Shown here: positions 24,401-35,980 of the stretch, one piece after another
How positions within the stretch are numbered: the stretch's first letter is position 1
Layout: each line of letters opens with the position of its first letter
Assembly: GCA_964106915.2 (NCBI GenBank)
Contig: OZ066918.1
Strand: one strand, 5' to 3'
Length of the DNA: 64,000 bases
DNA from: Podarcis gaigeae
Lineage: Eukaryota
Program-made: the position numbers and the translations under genes
Notes under the pieces: generated by a model
Told to the model about the DNA's origin: nothing
What the model saw: the letters and a program-made list of their open reading frames with translations, nothing else
Database searches by the model: none

Positions 24401-26452
24401 TTGAGTTACGAGCCCAAATGACTTGCACATGCAAGAAGTAGCGACTGATATGGGAGGTGGACAGTGGCCTCCCATTCAAGGGAACGGTCCAGCTTGCTGC
24501 AGCGTATGCACACTTATGCATCATTCAGAGGCAAGTGGGAAGAGGGAAGAATGCTTTGCTATACCCAGTGCTGGTGCCAAGCTATTCTGTACCTTAGGCA
24601 AAGCTAACTACTTGCACACACACACAAACACACACCCCTGCCCAAAATGGCTAACTTTAATTTTCAAAAACGAATCTCTTGTAGAAATTATAAAAAATAT
24701 TCAAAATAAAAAATAAAAGTGAAATATTATCAGAAATGTATAAGCTATAATGAAAGCTAATCTATAAAATGGTGCTCCTCAAAGGTAATCATGGCATCTC
24801 TCTGAGGACTGTGCCCAAAGCGGCTGCCTAGTTGCCCTAACGATAGCACCGGCCCCAGCTGTTCCGATGAAGAGACTGATCGTGCCCATTTTTTCTACAG
24901 CCCCATGAGCCATAATGCCCACCGTGTGTATGCAGATAGTGATTAATAAATTGAAATTAACCCCAGTAAAAATGTGGTGATAATAAATTCACAAATACCT
25001 GCAATAAAGGTTATGATATAAGGTTAAGGATCATGGGCATTAGCCGGGGGGGGACTGCCCCCCAAATCAAGTAAATCAATAAAAATATTTAACTAGCTGA
25101 GGTTCAGCGCCTACTAAAGAAGGCAAGGCCCGTCTCCAGCAGAAGGGGAACTCAGCACAGACAGCTAGATGGTGCCCTGGTGTTGTCTGTTGCCAAAGCA
25201 ACATTTGAGTCTGGTTACGTGGAGCTATCCAAGGTGCTACCTGGAGCTTAAGTTTGTGTTCCCAGAACCAGAATTTAGCCCTAAGTTATTCTGACTTGAA
25301 TAGAAATTGAATTCTGCTTGCTTTGCTTCTCTGGCTGGCCTTGCCAGAACCAGAACTCTTGCCTGGAACACTGTCTCCTTGATCTGGAACCCCACCTGCC
25401 TGAGACCACCTGGGACAGAACACTGTCTAATTTTCCATGTGTGGTGTCAGAAAATCTTAAGTGTATAGACCTCCTGTGATTTAACACTCTATTCTTTGAT
25501 TCATTTAATTGAAGCACAATCAAGTGACCACATACAGAGCTAGGGAAAATAAAAGAAACCATCTTTCTATCTAAAAAAGGTATGGGGAGGTGGGTTGTAA
25601 GCTAACAAAGAACAGATTAGAAGACCATTTTCGTACACTTCGTTACAGAAGCAGCATTTTAGACTTTGAGATGATTGACTAGTGATTTTCCCACCATTTG
25701 TTCAATAACAAAGAAGCTGTGATTAGCTTAAGGACGGTCCCTGTTGTTCAAGAGGAAGACAAGGGAAGTTTTTCAAAGAGCAAGTACTCAGCCTCTGTCA
25801 CAAATCTATGCAAGTGACTTTGTTGGCAAAGTGAACCACTTTGTTAATATAAGGGTTTCCACAATGAATTATAGACAAAATGCTACCTGTTTCCCTGGCA
25901 ATGCATTATGCACCATCAGCACGTGAATCTTCTCAGGATGACTGTAAGAACCTTGCTCAGGTGGGTCTGCAGCCAGCCAGTTGTGTTCCAGTTCAATGGA
26001 ATGCAAAACTACAAGTTTGGCCACAGCTTTTTCTTTTACAAAACTGTCTTGGGTATACTTGATGACCACAAGGCTCTTGTGACTATTCTGTTTTTGACAT
26101 TATGTAGCTGAAATGATTATGTGGCTCAAACTGCTATCTAATATACCAGATTCTTCACTTCAAGGACATGCTGGCATAGCCTGTATGGAGATAACTTTCT
26201 CTTGGGTCAAAGGATGACCACGTTTTCCAAGCCGAATATCAAAGATTCAAATGCAGCAAATTTTGGGACCCTAATCAAAGCAGAATTCTCTTTGTTGCTG
26301 TTACCACAAAGGTGAGCAGCCACTGCCAGTGATACATAGCTGGGAATCAGCATTAGAGCTGAGCCAAAATATGAAGACAACAAACGTATTTGCCCTACAT
26401 GGCATATATCTCACACAAAGCATTTTTCCCCACTCACTTGCAAAAGGATATG

Positions 26453-26895
26453 TACCGTATTTTTCACTCTATAGGACAAACTTTTTCCCCTCCAAAAATT
26501 AAGGGGAAATGTGTGTGCATCCTATGGAGTGAATGCAGGCTCCTTGGCTTCAGCGATAGCAACATGAAGCCTCCGAAGCGCAGAGGGAGCACTCCCTCCA
26601 CACTCCGGAGGCTTCACATTGCTTTCACTGGAGCCTGGACAGCGAGAGAGGTCGGCTTTGGGTTCCTTTTGCTGAAGCCAGGAGAGCAAGACTCTCCTGG
26701 CTTCAGCAGAGAGGGAGAGCTGCGCAGCACCCCTTCAGCGAAGTGGGAGGAGAAATGGAAGGGGCTCCATTTCTCCTGCCGCTTCGTTGAAGGGGTGCTG
26801 AGCAGAGAGGGGGAGAATTTTTTTTCTTGTTCTCCCTCTCTAAAACAAGATACATCCTATGGTCGGGTGCGTCCTATAGAGCAAAAAACTACAGT
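26453..26895. mobile_element. Non-autonomous DNA transposon (Tc1/mariner-pogo-type MITE)
   Basis: Imperfect terminal inverted repeats taccgtatttttcactctataggac and gtcctatagagcaaaaaactacagt. GC-rich interior with internal inverted repeats (gccaggagag...ctctcctggc). Confidence 0.75.
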
Positions 26896-27538
26896 GTTTC
26901 TTTGCCATTTGGCAGCTGGGTGGGGTGCAATGGGAACATGGGGACATTGCTGATGGAAATAGGGCAGTGCCCCCTCATCCAAACCAAACGAAATCACACT
27001 TAGTTGACTATGTGGGGCAGAACACAGACGGCAATGAACATTCAAGTGATTGTCCAAACCTGCATGTACCATTCAGCATGGGATGATTGGAAACTGAGGC
27101 TGACGCAGCATCAAAGGATCATCTGAATAGGCTCAACCGCCTTTCACACATCAAATGCATCTAGAGTCCAAGCAAGTTCCTTCTTCATTGTCTATCCCTC
27201 CTTTTTCTTGTGTTGAGATTTTCTCTTGTGCTCAGCTATTCCCTCCCTCCTTCCTGCTTTCCTGAGGCTATCTGCTGAATTCCACACACGCATGCACAGA
27301 CAGGGATCAATCCGAGGCTGACTCGCCTTCAGCTTATCTCTGCTCCAAATGATTGATTTTCCCTCTTTAAGGGTAATTTGCTGGTGAATTCCATGTATTG
27401 CAAAAACCCCTGTGAAATCTAATTCATTCCGATTGGCAGCTAGCACATTTGGGAAAGAATACTACAGAGTTGTCCATTATTCTTTACGGTTATGATCCAT
27501 GTAATGCATTTATACTGCATATGTGTGAATTTTAATGC

Positions 27539-27541
27539 GCA

Positions 27542-27587
<46 letters not shown>
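27539..27587. repeat. Compound (CA)n(GA)n microsatellite
   Basis: Direct reading. Confidence 0.93.
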
Positions 27588-27589
<2 letters not shown>

Positions 27590-29611
27590 CACTCATATAT
27601 ATAAAATAATCTGCATGTCAAGACAGTAATTATATGATGGAGAGCTCAAAGGCTTGCCACTATTTTGTGACACTTTGTTTGCTCCTAATAAATATATTGT
27701 CCAACTGTGAATTTTGGAGTGGCTGACTGTGATGTAACGTAAATCTTAATACTAACAAACACAGTTTACATAAGTCCAATTCTGACTCACCACAGAAATC
27801 TCTTTTCCCCAGTCTGAGGAATGTAAAAAATGGGAGAAGGAAAAAAGGAGGAGAACTCCCTTGGCCCCTCCAGTCTTCCAGAGATGTGCCCTGCCTTGAA
27901 ATGTACTGGAAAATGGTATGACCATTCATCATTCTGGTTGGGCCTGATGGGAGTAGGAATCCAACAACATATGGGGGGTGCCCCAGGCTCTTCGCCCCTA
28001 TACTCAGGCTGTGAAATTTTGGACAGGGGGACTGATTTCTGGCTTTTCAGTTTGGGACATGATCTTGTTTCTGTAAAGGAAGTATCATAGCAAATAATGC
28101 AACTATTTGCATTATAGCAGTCTCATTAAAGTTTCCAATGTATAGAATGATTGGATATGGAATCAAGCCATTGTGGTGCAATGAATGGAGCTCAAATCCC
28201 TGTCAAGCTATGATGGAACTCTGCGGGTGCCCTTAAGCGACCACTGTTTCTTAGCCTAATCTACCTCATGGAGGTTTTGCCAGAATAAAATAAAATGACC
28301 CCATTTCTGCTGCCCTGTGCTCCACAGTGAAAGGAGAAATATGCATGTCAGCATATTCCTTCCTCTAAGGTATTCAGGCCAGTCATTCTCTCCCAGGTTA
28401 ATCTACCTCACAGGGTTAATGTAATGCTAAAAGGTAAAGGGTTGCTTACCACCTTGGAGCAAGGAGATTATAATAAACAAATGTATACATCAACATCTCA
28501 TCACTTGATGGAATGTCAATATAGTCATTTACTTATTACATTTTTTTAAAAAGCCTACCCTTTTCCCGAGGAGTTAAGTGTTGTGGCAAATGCTTGATTC
28601 TACTTACTCTTGCAATAACTCTGTGAGATAGGTTAGCTTTGAATGTGTGTGACTGGCCCAAGATCACCGAGCAAGTTTCAAGACTGAGCAGAAAGTTGAG
28701 ACCAGATCTCCCTGGTCATTTCCCACAACTTATGTAAAATGCTTCACATTTAAAATACATATAACATTTAAGTGCCATCAGCACCAACAGCAAAAAAGCC
28801 AAACTTTTCAACATCACATTGCCCAGTTTTCCTAGCAAATCAACTGGGGACAGGAATGTAATTCTGAACTGCCCACACTTTAACGTGGCAGAGGCAAAAT
28901 AATTATCCCACTATATGGCTTTGTGACAGGAGACTATAGCTGAACTCTTGTGTTCAGTTATTGGCCATTTCTCTGCCATAAATGTGTCAGCACAAGTCAT
29001 GGGATTCAGAGACGGACAACAGTCTATAAGAGACTGCAGTAGTGAGGAAGGATCAAAACAACTTATATGCATGTATATCATGACTAAACTTCAGTATTAA
29101 TTCATTTCAAAGTTAAAAAATTGTACCTCCGTTTTACAGAAGGAAAAAACATTTCTAAAAGAGCCTATTTTGTTTTCCCTAAAGCTGTTGCTAAAAACAA
29201 CTAAAACTTGTCTTGATCTCAATTGCCTCTCCATATATTTATTTAGTTGCTTTCCCTGGCGAATTGAACAATTCCCTTTCTGCCCTTAAACAAATGAACT
29301 AGGCCAGCTCCTGCATGAATGCTGAAATACTATGATAGGTTCTGTCAGATATGTCCCTGTAAATCTGTGTGTCTTAAATTTTTCTCCCTTTCTCTGTCGT
29401 TTTATTTTATTTTTAATCACCACAATCAGTTCTGGAAGGGTGGGGAAGACAACAGAGAAAACACTGAATGCATCAGGCTGCATGCCACAGCACTCTCAAA
29501 TCCAGAGAAAGAGGAGAATCTCTAGACTCCAGAACAGCATGGAAAGTGCCAAAGGGGCGGCAGCAAAATATGATCTTTTCTTTGACAAGGGAATTGTATA
29601 ATTTTACATTT

Positions 29612-29861
29612 CAGTCGTACCTCTGCTTATATATCCCTCCGGTTATGTAAACTTCGGGATATGTAAGCGGCAAACCCAGAAATATGTTTCCGGGTTTTTG
29701 CTGCACCCACATGCGCAGAAGTGGTAGATCACTTCTGTGTATGCACAGAAGCGCTTTACCACCACATGCGTATGTGCAGAAGTGGTCCCTCTGGTTGCAG
29801 AAACCTTGGGATCTGACTGGAGCTCTGGAACAGATCCTGTCCGCAACTGGAGGTACCGCTG
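29612..29861. mobile_element. Tc1/mariner(Tigger)-type MITE, copy 1
   Basis: TIRs cagtcgtacctc and gaggtaccgctg followed by TA. Internal tgcgcagaag-like repeats. Homologous to the 41092-41299 and 60196-60343 copies. Confidence 0.85.
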
Positions 29862-29916
29862 TATATCACATGAAAAGCAAATGGAGGGAAAACAATGCAC
29901 ACACACACATTCTCAT

Positions 29917-29958
<42 letters not shown>
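29917..29958. repeat. Compound (TC)n(AC)n microsatellite
   Basis: Direct reading. Confidence 0.9.
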
Positions 29959-31603
29959 TGTAAATTATCAACTTGACCAGTGGCAGCAATCCATTAATGG
30001 GATAATGGGAGAAGTTTGGTGCACATTTTAATGACAGTTCACCTAATTCATTGTTCTTCAAACAGCATACCAACCAAAATGTAGCTATCCTTTGAAACTC
30101 ACATATGTGATGCAGCTCCCCAACCAAAAACTGTGTACAAAATTTGTACAATTTGTATTAAAAATTATTGAGTTGATCAACATGGTTTTAACTGATTACT
30201 CTAATTCTTTGACTGTGTGTGTGTTTTGTCTTAATCCTAAACAAATAAGGAATGGTGGTACTGTAGTTCTGGGTCTCACTTGCAAGACAATTGCCTCCAT
30301 TTTACATTTCGAGTGTCTTAGAAATTATTGCTGTTTATATATTTATTTATCATTGCTGGGGGGAAATTGCTGGTGGGCTTTAACAGCCAAACATTTCCAT
30401 TCCTGAATGGCCAAAAGATCATTTTCCCTCAGTACATTCAGGGACCATAAAGAGAGTCGATAGTACCAACGTGTAGTGAATATACAGTTGCAAACATTGG
30501 GTTGGATCTAGACTTCAGTTCCTCCAGCAGGAGCATCTGAAGATGAAGCTCTGCTTAGGGCTCATGGTCCTTGCCTCCCATTGCACCCCACAGCATCACC
30601 TCTAACACTTTCAGGACAGTATGAGGAGGTGATGATGTGGGTTGCAGAGGGAGTGGAAAAACTGGCCAAAAGAAAAGAAAGTAGCCTCTTCGCTATCTCC
30701 GCTAGCAAGTTGGATTAACAGCCTTTCATGAGCAGAAGTCAAAGTCTGTGGTGGAAGTCCAAATTCAGCCTCCTAACTCCCTCCCAACCCTACCTATCGA
30801 ACAGGACATGCACTCTCTGCTAGAGCCCTCAATCATTTGCTAGAACAACACAAGAGAAATAAGCACTATCAAAATCAGTTCAAAAAAACTGAAACTATTT
30901 TTAAAAGTACACAAAAGCAAATGGGAAATGTGAGAAAAACAGGAAAAAGTAAATCAAACTATTCAGCCTAAATGGGTTTCCGATATGTTAAACATGTTTT
31001 CTTGAGATGTAGCACCAACAATAAAGCCGCAGGTAAAATGATCCTGCACCTTCCGTAAAGGAAAGGTTCATTAGTATTCACTATACTGATATAGTTTCTG
31101 TTTTGGTGTGGCGGCTGGGGAGAGGCAGGGATGCTTTTCAGCAGAGTAAATAAATTATTTCAGCAAGATTCTAAAAATGATTCTCATTTTCCCCAAGAGG
31201 CCTTTTCAGATGAGTAATCCTGCCATTCTATATGCATGCCCATTGTGAGCGCCTGCGTCATTCCCCCTTGCCAGCATCACAGCTTCACAAGTACTAATAT
31301 CTATTTATGCCCCTGCTAGGAAGCAGCATCTATATGCTGACTGCAGCACTTCTTTCAAATTCTTCCTTTCCAAAGCAATTGTCTCAGTTTTACATGTGCG
31401 TGGGTTTTTGTGTTGTTTTGCAACTCTTGAAAACTACATTTCCCAGACGCTTTGGGGAGTCTCTAAAGCAGCATTTGGTTCACCAGTAGCATATACTTTG
31501 ATGAAAGATTCACCATCTAACAAAAAAAAAAAAGAGATCATAATAAGTGCTAAGAAGCATAAGGTGTTGACACCTTAATGTTTTAATTTCTAAGTGATCC
31601 TTT

Positions 31604-31955
31604 AAAAAGGTAAAGGTACCCCTGACCATTAGGTCCAGTCGCAGACGACTCTGGGCTCATCTCGCTCTATAGGCTGAGGGAGGTGTTGTTTGTCTGCAGA
31701 CAGCTTCCAAGTCATGTGGCTAGCATGACTAAGCCACTTCTGGAGAACCAGAGCAGAACACGGAAAAGCCGTTTACCTTCCCACTGGAGTGGTACCTATT
31801 TATCTACTTGCACTTTGACGTGCTTTCGAACTGCTAGGTGGGCAGGAACAGGGACTGAGCAACGGGAGCTCACCCCGTTGTGGGAATTCGAACTGCCGAC
31901 CTTCTGATTGGCAAGTCCTAGGCTCTGTGGTTTAGACCACAGCGCCACACACCCC
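31604..31955 (+). mobile_element. Sauria SINE
   Basis: Starts aaaggtaaaggtacccctgacc and is colinear with the other two copies, with small internal deletions. Confidence 0.92.
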
Positions 31956-32974
31956 ATCATTTTGATTGTGGGAGGCCATGAGCACCCGATGCTGTGAAAA
32001 TAATAACTTTGCATATTTTAATATATGAAAATGATTCTTCCCCACCATAAAATATGCAAAGAATGTGAACTTTCTTAAGAGAACATGTGCAAGACTGCCA
32101 CAGAACAAATGCTGATCTGCCATTCTTTTGTAAAAAATGAGCGTTCACCACTTTCCTTGCAGCAAAATGTACATTATTAAAAAACAAAACAAAAATTTCA
32201 CGATGTTTTATCTAGCTATAGTTAAATAAGTAAAACTGCAGGGTAAATTAAATTAACCCTCCAGGAGCAAATACACAGGAAATGTCTGTCATGTTTTTTC
32301 TAGTAAATACTGATGGAAGATAGCATATGATACCAAAGCAGAAAAGGTTCTCCTTTTGAGATATCTCCATGAGATTTCAACAGTCCTTTAAAGCAGATAT
32401 TGTAGATTGTGTCATGGTCATAGGGTTGAATGTAGCACAGGAAATGAGACATGAATTGCGTGAGCCAAATATGTGGAGTAATTGAAGAGCATAACTCCAG
32501 GGCTTTGGGAGGGGGAGAAGTAATGGAATTCCTAAGTGAAATGGCCCATTGCTGTAATAAATACAAGCTATTTTAATGGCTCCAGAGGAAAAGTCTGTGA
32601 TATTGCAGGCAAGTTGTACTGGGGGAATCCACAGGCAGTGAAAGATGTGTGTATGCGATAGGGAGAGCACATATGTGAAGTGTTTCTGGGAAGTTCCAAG
32701 AAGAGAAACTGGCAGTGAGACGAAACCCAAAGAACAGAGCCATCTGGAGAGACAGAGATAAGACTTTACAACCCAACACCTGGAAACAGGTGTTATTAGC
32801 TAACTTCCATGTTAATATAAGTGGGACCAAGAAGTGGATCCCACCCATGACATCATACATTCCATTGTGCCCTTACAGCGTTAACATCTGTACAGAGGAG
32901 GACTCTTTGTGTGCAGTTGTACACAAGAAGGCTTCCATGGAAAGAATTAAGGTTCCTGGTTCCATGGAAGACTT

Positions 32975-32977
<3 letters not shown>

Positions 32978-33014
<37 letters not shown>
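32978..33014. repeat. (CA)n microsatellite
   Basis: Direct reading. Confidence 0.93.
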
Positions 33015-33017
<3 letters not shown>

Positions 33018-34603
33018 GGAGAGGCCTGCTTCCTACAGACATTCACACTGTAGGTGCAGACATCAGGGGAATATCTGGGCTGCTCAGAATGACTCCAATC
33101 CTTGTTAGTGACACAAAAGCTACCGTACTTACACCTGAAAGAGGATACTGTCATCATAAAACCCAGGAGTCTCACAATGTTGAACCAAAACAGTTGGTGC
33201 ATTTCTATTGGACCCAAACATTGTGGGAAATAAAAGGCCACCCCTCTACTTAAGGAAGAGATTACAAAACTAGTTATGTGCTAGTATTCTTTTCTGTCTC
33301 ATTCTCCTCACCTAATTTTCTTGGAAATAGTTAATGCTCCACCTTGACAATTCCAAAGTTCTTAGCTAGAGAATGAGGTGATGTCAGTGTGAGCACCACA
33401 GATGAAATTCTAAGCTCCTTGGTGTCAGCCAGAATTTCTAATTCTTGTAGACACATTTGAATGTAAATAGCCATTTTATGCATTCAAGATAAAAATGAAC
33501 CCAAGGAAGAATTCTGATGAAACAACCCAAGCTTTCAATTCCATAGACTGGTGATTGTCACCAGGAAAAAGGGGGGGGGGGAATCTCAATTTATAAACAC
33601 AACTTGAGAAAGGAAGAAATTCATTTGCACAAAAATGGCAACTGTGCTTGCTAGAACTCATCAGCTACATTGTCCTCATCTTACAGAAGGAAATAATACT
33701 CTATGGGCTGAGAAGATGCAAGTTTTGAAAAATACTCAAACTGTTCTCCACATTTCTTGGTTATCTTGCACAGTTTGCCACAATTAATATTGGCACATTT
33801 TGCAATTTGTCTCCTTGCAGTGAAGGATTATTTAGTATTATATAGTTGATTGCAATTAAGATGGCAAATAGTTAAAATGCAGGAATGCAACCTACAGTAG
33901 GCAAATAGCATAATAAATTATGGGTTATAACATGGCTGTCCAACTTTAATTAAGGTTTCAGGAAAAATAAATACATAAACACATAAATAACTACCAACAA
34001 AACAAACAAACAAAAATGGGATAGATATAAAACTGGATGGGGCTTCCTTTTTCATAAATGTGAAGACTATTTTGTACATATAAACAACAGAGTTAACACG
34101 AATTACATGTGTATTGCTTACCCAAGATGATGGTACATGTACAGTAAAACTGAACATAGCAACAAGAATTTTTCCGAGTCACAATTTCAGTCTAATGTAC
34201 AATGCATGATATTCCTTTGTAAAAACTGACTGACGTTCAGCCTTTAAAAGCAATGCAATATTTCTAATTTTAACTTTATGGATGAGCAGTGATGTGAGAT
34301 GCTGTACATATTCATAGCTAATGAACGATGCCATGGATGTTAGAAAAATATGGACTTTGTGTAGTCATCCTTTTAAAAGCTGGTTTTCTACTTATTGTTT
34401 CTATGGTCCTTGTAACTTGTTATGTTGATAATACAGATATGGAAGTACCAAGGTGGCTAAAGAGTCCTTATCCAATTCTAATGTAAAATAAAAAGAAACC
34501 AAGAATGCCAGGAACAAACTTAAGAAGGCAGATTTTTTTCATATATATAAAAAAATATCAGTAGAAGAGGCATTTAATCTTGTTTTGTTTCCCCATGTCT
34601 TAC

Positions 34604-34792
34604 CTCATCTTTATCCTGCACTTGGATGAAAAGAGGAAGAGCAAAGCCCACCTGGGCCAGCTCAGGAATAGCCACACTATACTCTGAACTGTTGAACTCA
34701 GGGGCGTTGTCATTTATGTCAATGACAAGAATGTTGAAGGTAGTCACCACTGAGGCATTGGAAGGTGTGCGGTCATCGTTTAGTTCTGTCCC
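34604..34792 (-). CDS. CDH23: Cadherin-23 coding exon, 189 nt (EC3/EC4; approx. human exon 11)
   Basis: cctacag|GGG...GAG|gtaaga. Encodes GTELNDDRTPSNASVVTTFNILVIDINDNAPEFNSSEYSVAIPELAQVGFALPLFIQVQDKDE with DINDNAP motif. Confidence 0.97.
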
Positions 34793-35777
34793 CTGTAGGA
34801 AGGGAAATTGGAAAGGGGAAACACTGTTATTTTGGGATTTTTGCATGTTGTTTATCCAGCATGTGACTACGTTGAGAACCACACCTTGAAGGATTAAAAT
34901 AAATAAACACAATCTTATAAACAGAGAGAGAAAGGAAATCTATTTTTCTTCAAACAAGGGAAAAGGAATGGGAATTTACCCTGAGCAGTAGGAAAGCAAC
35001 TGATATTAGAGGACAAAGAAGCATGAGGTGAAACTAGTTTGGCAATACCAGATGCACACCCACCCACATTTTACTCCATGAAGATTTTCCATTTAAAAAA
35101 GAAGCATGGGATAAAAGCCAGAGAGCTCCATGCCTAATTTAATTTGGCTTGAAAAGTCAAGATTCTGCAAACAATCTTTTTTTGGGGGGAGAGAGATAAA
35201 TGTAAATGAAAGCACACAGGTCTTTATTTACTGTATTTTGTTGTGAACTTTGCTGCTGCTTTAAGATAGCTGTATTAGCCTGCTATTTTGGTCCTAGGCA
35301 CCACTTTATATTTTGTAATTTATTTTATTTTGATTTTGTTTTGTGCACCTCAGTAAAAAGGAAAGATTGATAAACCAATAATAATTTTCTGACCTCTAGG
35401 CCTATTTTTCTTAGCTCAGTAAGCAGCATGGGAGGGAAGGGGAGAGGCTGGAGGATTAATTTTGGAGATGTTTTTGCATCTATGTATTGCAATATGTGGT
35501 GCTGTGAACAGGGGCTATGCTCATGCATTGTGTGGAGCAGAACAGAATGCATTATCTGGTGCTAAAAAAGCAGGCAGTGAAGGCACTGAACACAGTGCAG
35601 GGAGCTTAACCATAATTGTCTGGGAGACATGAGCCCACTTCTACTGCACTGGACTGCACCAATTTAATTGCCTTTCTGCACAGCGAAGTACTGGAAGAGG
35701 GGGGAATACAGTCTCACACTGCATAGGGCAATTGGGCAACACAGCTCTATGTAGCCAATATGACTGGTCATAAAGTA

Positions 35778-35980
35778 GGAATATAGGAAGCTGCCATAGA
35801 ATGAATCAGATCGTTGATTCATCTGGTTCAGCATTGTCTACATTGACTGACTGGCAACACCTCCTCTGGATTTTAGGGGGGGGGGCATTTCCAGACCTAA
35901 CTGGATATGTCGGGGACTGGACCTGGGATACAACCTGCATGCAAAGCAGATGCTCTACCAATGAACTATACCATTTCCCC
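35778..35980 (-). mobile_element. tRNA-derived SINE with CR1-like tail
   Basis: ggaagctgcc...gtctacattgactgactggca...ctgcatgcaaagcagatgctctacca. Related copies at about 36341-36515, 60351-60524 and 4270-4380. Confidence 0.7.

Noticed and set aside
24993-24998. Alternative 6-nt microexon ttattgcag|GTATTT|gtgaat (Val-Phe)
   Set aside because: The acceptor is fair but the donor is weak, and the peptide does not resemble the expected NL/DL. Kept only as a fallback candidate.
26390-26953. Longest ORF in the track (187 aa, + strand)
   Set aside because: It lies almost entirely within a GC-rich MITE, starts at a TTG and has no transposase or other recognisable motif.
31514-31516. 3-nt microexon ttgttag|ATG|gtgaat
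   Set aside because: The pyrimidine tract is just a mononucleotide run and the donor is weak; such matches are common by chance.
33125-33150. Possible recursive splice site ctttcag|GTGTAAGT on the minus strand
   Set aside because: The reconstituted donor GTGTAA is non-consensus, and the intron is short for typical vertebrate recursive splicing.
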